NCBI GenBank assembly: GCA_002633005.1
Contig: NMRA01000273.1
Location: 501,555-565,554 of the forward strand
Direction: 5' to 3'
DNA: 64,000 nt
Source of the DNA: Phoronis australis
Lineage: Eukaryota; Animalia; Phoronida
Shown here: positions 24,501 to 36,500 of the stretch, one piece after another
How positions within the stretch are numbered: position 1 is the first letter of the stretch
How the letters are laid out: every line of letters starts with the position of its first letter
Position numbers and translations under genes: made by a program
The notes under the pieces: generated by a model
What the model was told of the DNA's origin: nothing
The model's input: the letters and a program-made list of their open reading frames with translations, nothing else
Databases searched by the model: none

Positions 24501-27500
24501 AAAAAGGCTTCTGATTTTAACTATTTACAGGTTTATTTTTGTCAAACTAAAGTTTCCAGTCCCTAAGCCATGTTTCAAGTAAACTCACCGGCCACAGTGA
24601 AGTCCAGAGTACAGTTCTGAGTCGCCCATTCAGTATCCTTCAGAGTGCTTGACTGGAACACCTGTTTACATGAGCTGCCTGACCCTGTGGTTAGTCATAG
24701 ATTATCAATGTATGTACAATATTTACTTACTGAACAATACTTCACACAACCAAACATTTTATATCACAAATCTACATATGTTCTCACGGCATGCAGGCAT
24801 CTGATGAAGGTGCCTTCATGGTAATATATGTAAAAATAAATTTTTATCCACAGAATAAAATTGGTCTGTCTTTAAGGACACAACTAATTTCATCCATTAA
24901 ACATTCTAATTATGTGCAAGTTTCAGGTCTTAGCACTAAAAAGAGACTTAACAGTATAATCAACCAGCATTGCATTATGCCAGGGCTGTGTTCTGTAGAC
25001 CCAACCCATTAGCACTAATGCAACGGAAACATAATTTATGAATCCCATGCCATAATTCAACATTTCAACCTCACTGACCAATCACGTCACAGGCACCACT
25101 TTCTTATGTTAAGCTAGGAAGGTTAGTAAGTTAATTTCTTTATTGTCAGTTTTCAGGGTTAACATAAAACATTAGACCGTGGCTATTATCACTGACAAAT
25201 AAAATTTAAAAATAATTGATCTCGAGCAAACTCGCCAAACACTTGCCTTTCACTAGCATCATTTTGCCTGTTCTTGTGTGATCTCATTTTGCTTGCAAGA
25301 AACTTGGAATATGGAATGCTACCCTCTCTAATAATGTCCACTTTCTTACAATGTTACAGTCCCCAAGTCCCACACCATTTGTACTATACCTCAAGTAGGT
25401 TTGGTTACAGTGAACTTTGGTCCATCAAACCTGCGTTCATATTACACTGCAATATGTACTTTTAGCATTACACCCATTGTTCCACAACTTATTATGAGTT
25501 CTGTAAACAGAACAGCCCACATGTCAACTTGGTATACTTACAGTAAAGGATTTCATAATCCCCTGAATTTGTTCTGAGATGTTGGCTGTCAGCAGACCAA
25601 TCTAAATGTGTGACATAGCTTGAGTGACCCTGTGAACAAAATTCAGATTTATAAGATAACTAGGTAACGGTATGGAATAGACCATTTAATTGTTTTTAAA
25701 ATTTCAATACGAATAACATGCACAGGATTCATGAACTTAGGGCCATCAGACATGAAAATTACTGGGGATCCCACAATAATTTGATAGGCAACAATTTTCC
25801 AACAAAGATGCCTAGGAAAATGTTGACAAGCAGGGGAAATGTAAAAAAGAAAAATATGGCCAAATTAAGTGACCACTCTGCTGGTTCTGACCTTGTGCAC
25901 CACTCTAGTCATTCAATAATTGTGGTCTGAGGAGACTCATCAAGTACAAGAAATCATCAGTGGTTCACAATACATAACAAACAGTAACACATTTCAACTG
26001 AAATATCCACATGATACATTATGTATGGACATATCTGTGAATCAGGGATGAACTTGGCTCAACGAGTTCACCAATGCCTCTTAATGTTGACTAGCGCTTT
26101 TTTTAAAATTGTGACGTACCACGCATTTGCCAACTTTCTGGTACTTCCTTCCATCTTCACTGACTTTGTACACGTAAATACCATTGTCCCGAGAGCCAAC
26201 AGCCAAACGTTCCCCATCTGAAATATTCAAACCAAAACACTGTGACAACAATACACAACAATACTTCAGTGAATAGACCATAGGTGTCTTTGTCTAGTTA
26301 TGTTGGTGTTTAGGATGAACTGCACTCAGTGAAAATATAACTGAAATTCCAGGCAGGGCATGTTTAAAGAACTAAGACTGAATATTCATAATATGGTAAA
26401 AGATGTATCACATGGATTGTCAATTTCCAAAACCCACTATTACAGTTATCAAATTAGAGAAGGCAGTGTGGCCTAGCGTGATAGGTGCCCTCCTTTACTC
26501 GAGGTTGTGGGTTCGAGTCCCACTGGGCCACACTGCAACACCCCTGAGTCAGGTTTCTAGCTCCTCATCTCGGTTTAAACTATTTATTAACAAAGCACAA
26601 AAATAATTCCTGGTGATCAGTGCAAAGGGCCCACATGCGCGGCCTGCGCACGTCTGGTACAACGTGTCCCAGACCAAATTAAAAAATTTACACTAAACGT
26701 AATCAGTAAAGCTACAATGATACCAATTATTATACGATTTGGACAGAATATGAAGTAATAAACTCATTTTACAAAGCCAATAATTTCTCCATATTGATCA
26801 CCATACCTTCATATTGACCTCTGCTACGATAATGTAATTTGAATTTTTGAATTTTTAGGAAATAATCTCAAACTAAATTCAATCCCATGATCTTCATGTT
26901 CACAAGCCACTACTTTACCACACCAGTATGTTAACAAACTCTATAATCCTTTTTATGTCATCCAGAGTCTGACACCGCATTTGTTTTTAAACAGCCATGA
27001 AATATCCACCACCAGGTGAATACAAACCTCCATCGAGGCAAAGCAGGCCCCGCATGCATTTCAGAGTCCCTGACCAGCAATACAAGTGAATTGTACAGGC
27101 TTTAGCACATGCACTATTGAGCGTACTGACATAAAGCGTGCAATCGCATTGATATAACCAAATGACATTCGTCAATTGTTTTACAATACAAGTAACTGTT
27201 GTATGATCACAAAACACGATATCGTTCCCAAAATATAATCAATCGATTGTTCCTTTACCCTTTCCGAGGATCTTCTGGAAATGTTTTCAAAATCTCTCAA
27301 TATTTTGAGCAAAAAATTGGTAACTAACAAACCAAACGAGTGATTCCACATATGATTGAAAGCCCAAACATGAATTAAGTAGTGGAAGTAATCAATATTA
27401 ACTTTCATGCTAAGTCAATATGAGAGCCCAAAAGTGTTATGATGACCTTTGCACTACTTCGGTCATCATCACACTTTTGGGTCTGAAAACCAACATACTG

Positions 27501-30500
27501 ACCTCGGTGAAAGTTAATAATTGTATAGTAATTATAAGACAATAACACATAAAGACATCTTCAACCTCAATCCAACATAACTGTTTCTTACCTCAAAGGT
27601 CTGCCACACTTCAACACACCAACAACTTCAGCTACATCACAATAGTCCCTTCTCACACTACACTGATTCAAGACTTAAGTTCAGAGACAAGATGCATTAT
27701 TCTTATCAATGCTGACAGTGAGTCAGTCAGAAAAGGATTTGAAGGTAGATCCAGAACCAACCACTGACCCTAATACCCTGGTTTCCAAACTCGGCCATTT
27801 TGTGGTGATTTTCTACCCAGCTCACCTGGGGAGAACTCAATACACTCTAGTTGCTCTATACCATCGTGGTGAGTTGAGATTGTGTCCCTTGTTGATGAAT
27901 CTATAGCATGCCATCTCCCGCTCTGTGTACCAATGACAATCACACTGGCATTCGGATGGAATGAGGCACAGTGCGCCCCCTCCTGTCAAAGAAGGACAAT
28001 AAAAAACCATAAGGAAGCTGAACCCACATTGGGAATATGTCAACTAAGTTGCTATCAGGGATTTTGTTTATTTCATCAAACTGCCAGCAATCTCTGTTTC
28101 TCAATCGTATGGTCTGATGTTCAGTAATCCAGCCCAGCTTGCTAACAGCACGTCTGGCAACACAATACAAGACCAATTTATTACTCTCCCATACCCCCAT
28201 TTAGGCTGATATGAATTCTTATCAGACTGATAATAGATGATCATCGTTCACAGCATCATTCATGGAAAACCGTTGATCATTTATCATTGCTTGATCATTT
28301 ATCATTGCTTGATCATTTATCATTGCTTGATCATTTATCATTGCTCAGTGATAAGAAATTACACCAATTATCATGACTGATGATGAACCTTGGATGACAA
28401 AATATATAAACCATTGATATTAATTATTATCAGTCACAATATCATATTATATCCTACACATCAAGATCTTTGATTGTAAATTATGATCAACCTAAATTGC
28501 CAGTGTAAACATTGCTGGTTTACTGCTATGCAAAGATGTATCAGAGCTCATGTACACACAATTATTTCTGTTTGATTGATATTCATGACTAACACCCCTC
28601 AGGAGAAATAGGACCCATTCCAAGAAAACTGACTTAGCTAAGACAAATCTTAAATTTTTGTCAATTTTAAAATAAAACTACAGTATGTTCTAAGTCCATT
28701 TCAAGAAAGTGACCTTAATATGTTTGAAAGTTTTTTTCTTAAGTTTGACTAACTTACCAGATGTGGAAGTTTTTCACGTTTGGAAGTTGAGACAAATCTT
28801 AGACTTAAGTAAAAATGAACTTAAGTCAGTTTCTTGAAATGGGCCCATGATCTCCAAATTACAGAAGATAGAGCTCAGGTCAGGGGTCAAATGGTAAAGG
28901 TCAGGTCACTTACATAATTATCAGACTTGTTTAAAAACAGTTTCATTTAAAATACTTTAAAAATTACTTCTTTAAAGGCAGTTTCATTAGTTAAGTGGTA
29001 CAATAAAAGTCAAACAAGGCCTTAAAATAGCTGACTTTTAAATGCCTACTGCAGTTACAGAATGACAGACTTACGTTGACCTCGTTGAACCAAACAGCTG
29101 AGTGAGTGAGTGTGTCCCACAAGAAGACGTGCTTATCATAGCTGCATGTTATGAACTGGTGCTGGGAGGGGTGCGCAGCGATGCCCCATACTTCATCAGT
29201 GTGACCCTGTCAATACAAACACTAAATATAGACACGCTCATCATAGCTATCAATAATGAACTGGTAGTGCGAGAGGTGAGCAGTAATGTGCTACATTTGA
29301 CTGGTGTGGCCTAATCTAAATCAACACAGGAATATACTCAAGGCTGGCAATGAACAGCGGTCATCATAATCATCTAAGGCACTGTCAGAATAGTTAATGT
29401 ACAGAAACTTATCACGTTAACTTATTGAAATCAATAGTAACATTTGCAACAATTGTTTTAGATTTTTAAGTCTGAGACTAGGTTTAAAAACGAAGGTACT
29501 TAACACGAAACAAAGGAATCGTGTACTTATTGAAAAACTGCTTAAAAAGCCCTTCTGAGACTATCACTAAAACCCATTACAGAAAACACACGAGCTCATC
29601 TTACTAATAACTTAGTGTATTGTCACAGATTACGAATAACAGTTACGTTGGACCTTATCGACTTGTCGGTGTAAATAGCCGAACATCTATAAAATTAAAG
29701 ATTTCAACTTGGTAAGAGTATGTATTTTTTAAAAAAGAAAGCCTGGAGAATTTGATTCTTAAGTTTTATACCAATCTTCAATTAATTGGGTTACGAGACC
29801 ACATCTTTTTAGTAAAAATTAGCAAAAAAGAACGGTATATCCACAGCAAAACAATGGTATCAATAAAATGACCAAATTTCGTTCGACATAAGTGTACAAG
29901 ATGAAATCTCAAAAAACAGTGATACAGGTTACTAAATAATCATTTCATTTTTGCCTCAAAATTTTTTGAGTTTTTTCAGGGAAATAACAAAAGTCTTGTT
30001 TTTTAATAGTTTCTAATGCAAAAAGTGGAAAATAAAAAGCACGGTATCTGAAAGTTTCACGAGAATCCGATCAGCCATTTCTGAGATATGATGTTCCGAC
30101 GTTTACGAAATTTAGGCATTTTTCGAGGGTCCAACATAATCTTAAATGACCAGCAAACTACACAGATTAAGTAACACATCATGTTACCTGGACAATAGCC
30201 GAGAACTTGAAATCCAGAGTTCCAGACAGGATGCAATTCCGTGTGGTTCCCACAACAATCATGTTCCCTTTGCCCTGACATAGGGTCCTAACAGGTCCAT
30301 AAGCATCAGGCAGCTAGAAATGAAAAACTCACTTAATTCCCATGTCCTGAAACCACCTCTCCTGTTTTATGAAGGCATCGCAGGACTGACGTAGTTTCCA
30401 AAAGGTACGGCGGCTAACACATTTCGGAGCTGAGTCGGACGAGGAAACAACAATGAACCATGTCCCAGTTTTACAATTGAAAGAGTTTGTGTCTGCTTTA

Positions 30501-33500
30501 CAACTCATTATGCAGCAGCAGAGCGTCACAAGGCGAGCTAACACTAATGTAAAATTATAATGATTAGCATGTAGAATGAACTGTGGGGCAAGTGTCCATA
30601 GAGGGCGCTGAGGTATGCCTTGCAACAGCTATTAGAGAAATGCCAAAAAATAGACTTGGAAAATGAAAATCAAGTTTGTGTACATTGCACTCTGTCAAAA
30701 GTATAACACAAGTTATAACTCTTCATGATGTTAATAAAACAAGCAATCCATATACTTAATGCTTAGACCATAAAAAGGATGATGACCTCTATTAACAAAT
30801 TGGTTTGAAAATTGTCCTTGGTATAGCTGTGATTGTTTTCAACCAATAACAAGAATAGGAAAATCATCCGAGATTGACTTAAGTAAGTTGGAAGGGCTGC
30901 CCATTTTTACAATGTCAAAACAGATGTTTTTTTGACAATGTTTTACTTGTCAATAGTGAGTAATCTTTTCGAGGATGAAAATGTTGGGTGGCTGAGTTAT
31001 CAGACTTAAAATCTGCGTAATCTGGAGTGGTAAATTAGTAGATACATGTCAAGCACTTCAAAGTTGCAGCCAGTGCCTTGACCGTGTTCTTACGTGTATT
31101 TAATTCAGAAAAGTTGGCACTAAAACTGAACACGAGGCCTTCATTGCCCTGGTCATACTAACAGGAAACACTTTGATGAGTGTGCTTTGTGCTCACCATT
31201 GTACTTGTGGAATATACCAAGTACAAACCTCTGCCTCTAATCCTGTCCTTTCTAATGAAGATGTCCACTGAACGATCCTGCGGTCTTTACCACCTCCAGA
31301 GACTATAGTTCCATCTTTCAGCATACACAAGGCGAATATCCCACCTTCATGGGCTCCATACACATGCTGAGTGATTCTGTTACCTCCTGGAGAAAGAATT
31401 GAGAGCTCAGTGTTTCCATATTACCATGAAGTTTCTTTTAATCAGTGAAGTCCAGCATATTAACAATGAGTAGAACGATATCAAACCATATAAAAATTCT
31501 TAAATAATGCTGTTGACACCATGTAACAATTAATATTGAAAACTAACGAGGCAGTCTTGAGTAATCTGGGTCCATGGGCAAGAGACGGTATGTCGCCACT
31601 GTTGAAGGACACTCACATACAGTTAAGCAACTTCTCTACAGGAATATATTAACACTGGAGTGCCCAGACAGTATGTCACCAATGTTCAAGGACGCGCACA
31701 AACACGTGAACAACTTACCTCTTCCCCACAGGAATATGTTGCCATTGGAGTCCCCAGACAGCACGTCGCCATTGTCTGTGAAAGCCACGCACAACACATA
31801 CTTGGGCTTCTCGTGTTTCTAGAAGACACAGAAGCAGGAGAGGATGAAGAATGTATTCAGAGGAAATTCTCAATCAGAACCACCTGTTAGAACTTTTGTT
31901 GTAGTGTGTTAACACTCGCAGCAGTTGTTTCAAAATATTGGAAAATGGAAGACATTTGGCAAACAACACACCTTTAATTCCTAAAATTCACCATTCAGGC
32001 AAGTCAAACCAATAACAACACAGATGATAAAACCTTATAAGGATGATGCGACTAATCAGACAAATACAGACTAGACTGGACAGCGGAATTGTCAGAAAAT
32101 TACAAAACTTCTTGTCCTACCTCATAGATTCCTTGCTTCTTAGTGAGACAGCCGTTCTCAATTGTCCAGAATGTCATCTGGTTTTTGCCCGTAAGTATGA
32201 TCTCATTTCTTTCAAGAGGATGAAAGTCAGCGACAAGAATTGTATCAGTTGAGCTCTTAAAAAAGAAAGACATAAGTTCAAATGATTAAACTGTTAAGTT
32301 TTATTCACCTTGAACACACAGAGACTCCTTATGTTCTGCGCTTAAATTTCAGTCAACTTCAAACCTCCAACATTTGCTCAAATGCCCATAACCTTCCACC
32401 TTTGCCTCGTTGACACTCAGATTTGCACCTAAGATCTGCCAACAAAAAATCCCATTTCTATATTTCTCATAGTTTGAACCTTCTCACGGCTCATACTCCC
32501 TAGTCCATCCACAGTAAGTGCTGTGCATCTTTGTTCAAGAAAACTTCAAGACTAGGCCTCCTACATCCTTTGACTACATAAACAGCCATAAATTGCTCTA
32601 ACTGTGCGTCTTGTATGACGGATATCATGCCTTCTGTAACAGTTTTGTTGCATCAACTTCGAAGGCTATAAGCCCTTTTGTTATACTGTACAAGTTATAG
32701 TTTCAGTCAACTTCAAATTCCACATACAGACAGTCATACACTCCTCCTGTACCTTAGTTTCTATCACCTTAAAACCTGCCCCCCCCCTTAGTCCAGCCCA
32801 CAGCCCACACAGATAGTCATGTATTCCTCTCCCACATTCCTCCTGTACCTTAGTTTCTGCCTCCTTGAACCCCCCCCCTTCCCCTTTAGCCCAGCCCACA
32901 CAGACAGTCATATATTCCTCTCCCACATTCCTCCTGTACCTTAGTTTCTGCCATCTTGGAGCCCCCGTCACCCTTTGCCCAGTCCCACACAGACAGCACG
33001 TGTTCGTTACTCTCATCAACTGCACACAGAAACTGGCCACCATCCTGAAAGTAAAATAAGTTAATTACCAATGATATTAATATCTATTAGCCATCTCCAC
33101 AGACTTAAAAACCAAATGAGGTTTTACACAGTAATGTTGAAATCTTCAATGATGTCAAGCAACAACCATTACTCAATACCACAAAAGCCATGTCAAAATC
33201 TCATCAAATTTTAATGCCAATTAATTGACAACTCGCAGAGAATGCATAATGATCTCACTAACTCATCCGATCAACATGGACAACTTGTTTCCAACTTAAA
33301 TGTGACAAGTAGGTGAGATGACTTATTGATCCACACTCTAATGTTGGCAACCAACTGGAGTAAATCCAAGAGTTTTAGCGCACCTTATAACACACTCATT
33401 TCATTTACATTATGTTGTATAGGTAATACAGTATCACTAAAAACAAAACTCAGATACAATAAATAAGCTAACAATGGCTGTACTGACAAAAACTAAAATC

Positions 33501-36500
33501 AAGCAGATAAAAAAAACATGTATTTATAGAGTTCCTAGTCAAGACATAAACAATTGAACAACAGAGGGCAGTACAATTAGTAGTTTTCTTTAAGTATGTA
33601 TCAGCGTCAACAGACACACATGAACATTCTTTAGTTATTAAGTAAATAGCAATATACATGTAATTCCACGAAAGTTGCACTCTTTGCTGACTAGGTTTAC
33701 TTACCAGTTTTGAGAATCCAACACAGGCTACGGCTCTTTCAAAGTCACCAAGGCCAATAACATGCAGAGTGTTGAGGCTAATGGAGTCCCATACACGCAC
33801 GTGAGGCTGGAAGAAAGAACAGTAGACAGTGCATTAGTTTGATCAAGGGAAGGATAGAAAGGTTGTACTAGTGAAAAACAAGATGTCGATTGTAGAGGAA
33901 TGGCATATTTTCATTACATGTCAAAAATGCAGGTTGGATTTCTCTTGAAGTTGTGTTGCTGAATATCAAGTGCCACGACAATAGTACTTCAAAGTATTGG
34001 ATTTATTAAGTCACTTTATCAAAGAAAGATGTTCATTGAAAACAAACCTTCACTTGACAGTATCTAGGAGTTGCAGATCAGAAGTGAGAATAGAACGAGA
34101 ACACATAAGTCGACATATTTCAATAAATCTGTATTACCTTCCCAGCCTTTTTCTCATGTCCAGCAACTTGTCCTGATGCAATAGTAATCTTATCAGGATG
34201 AACAGCCAAACTGAAAAAAAATCAAACGAGTCAATTCATTCAGTACAGATTGACAGTGCAGATTATTTTACAGCATAACTTCCATCAGACAATGTTTTGA
34301 GAAACTGTCGGCATTCAAAGCAATGTTAGAGAAACTTTTGAAAAAAGGAAAAACCTCAAATTTGGCAATTATTCTGGTTCAAAATTGGTGAAATATTACT
34401 ATTACTCACCATTTCAAATAACCGTTGTGTTCCATACAATTACACAGGGTGTGCTCGAGGTTTACTCACCATTTAACATCATCATTGTGTCCTGTATAAT
34501 GACGCTGGGTGTGTTCGTCAACGCTGTACAGCACGACGACAGACGCGATGAAGTAGATGACCTCACCAGTGGGCAATAGATACAGGTTATGACGGCAGTC
34601 TCGACCACGATATCCATAGCTGGTGTAGAGTTAACGGTAAAATGCACTTGACACTATGTGCATGAACACATCATTGCACATTGACACTATGTGTATGAAC
34701 ACATCAATCTCACACTTTTGCTAACAATTTCTTGTTCATACATGAACATTGGATTTTATTTCTTTCTTCGGACTGCATGGAAAAATACGCAATTTAAACA
34801 TTCTTAACAGAAATTACACAGTGCAGGTTTCCAGAGAAGAATTTGGGCTGACATTCAAAGATGTAAGAAGCTAAGATCAGACACATTCCTTGCTTTTAAT
34901 ACATGGTGATATCACATGAAGTTTTGTGTGATGTTGAATTTTCATGAGGTTCTCGTGTCAATGAAACACGTTCCTGGTATTAGCTGATACCAGTAGTATT
35001 GCTGAGTGCTGTTCAACAAATAGCACAAATTTATGAAAGGTTCTTGAGTGTGACTGTTGTGGGTGTTTAAAAACAAGGTTTTGAACGAATCAACAATAAA
35101 TTACTAGTCAACATTTTTTTTTGTGAAATGGCAAAGGGAATAACTCGATTGAGAAGGTAAAAGGTATAACTCAGACTTGTTGAGAAAGGACACATTATGG
35201 CAATAGGATATAGGTTTCTCAACTTTCACAAATTTTCATTAGAAACACAGTCTCCTTTTCCACTGAAGTATCTTGTACTTACTCAATAGACACCTACTAG
35301 TACATGGATTGCTGTCCCTAACCCAGAGCATGATCATGACCTAAATTCCTTTTGCACAAAGCAAAGGAATTATCACATCAGCCATGACTTGAAGAGTATG
35401 TAACTCTTTGAAGTTTGGTCCACAAGGGGCCTGTGTAGCACTGTGGGTGATGCTGCACAATAGAGAGAGCTTAACAATATCTAAACCAGACTGATATCGG
35501 CATTTTTGAAAAACCACTCTTGTTTGTAAAATTAAATTCATACGAGACTATATCACAAATTTTTCGATAAAAAATTTCAAAGGCCAGTTTACCGTTAGTC
35601 GGTGTTAGGAATGTTGGCAATTCAATAGTCTCAAGTTGTGTTCAGAAGGAGATAAACAATTAGGAAAACACACATTACTAATTTCAACTACAGCTACAAC
35701 ATAGATACTACATCTTCACAGACTACTACATGGGATTGGACACCAGCACGCATGAACGCACACACAGCATATGAAGGATACACCCATTCTAACTGCAGCT
35801 TCTCCGCTGGTAACTCATCCTTTTTGTTCACGTCATAGTCCTCAGCATACTTAGAGGGTGCCACAAGGTGCAGAGGTCGGCCCTTCATGTACATCTTTAA
35901 GGCGGCTTCAGCTGGATGAAACATATTGCACTATTTACAAGCAGTTGTCACGAGTGAATTTTTAACTGAAGTAGGTTTGCAAAATTCCACATCAGGACTG
36001 CGACATGCATAGCTTGGTAAAGTTGATAAACAGATTTGATCGGTCAAAAATGACACATTGAATGCATTCATTCAAGTTCCAGAATGTAAAAAAGGTTGAC
36101 CAGATGTCCCTGAGTACACACTGCTCCAGCCCAAATCCATGTGAAAACTACATGAGTGCACTCAAAGCAAGGAACACAATTTTAGTTTAACGTGATCAAA
36201 ACTTCACTAAACAATTCATCCTATATGAGCAATGGCAAAGAAATCAATAAAACTCTGATATTCGAGAAGTTACAATATCAATTTCATCCAAGTGCTACAG
36301 TCAAAATAAAAAACTTTCACAATGTCAACGTAGTGAATGTACCAAAGTTTCAATTACTCACCCATTGTCTTGAGAGACAACTACTGCTTACTGTGTGAAT
36401 GCTTAAAGTGTGACAGACCCAATGAACACACAAGACTCACACAGAGAGCCTACACACCCACTGTAAACCTACTCTACACTCAAGGGCACTCCTCAGAGAT

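Larger units (their letters stand above)
22425..24768. repeat. Tandem duplicated block (22425-23724 and 23726-24768) joined by a single N
   Basis: Colinear copies with scattered SNPs and indels and a MITE in only one copy. Confidence 0.95.

Noticed and set aside
26462-26530. Functional tRNA gene
   Set aside because: A and B boxes are present, but the acceptor and anticodon stems do not pair; it fits a SINE head.
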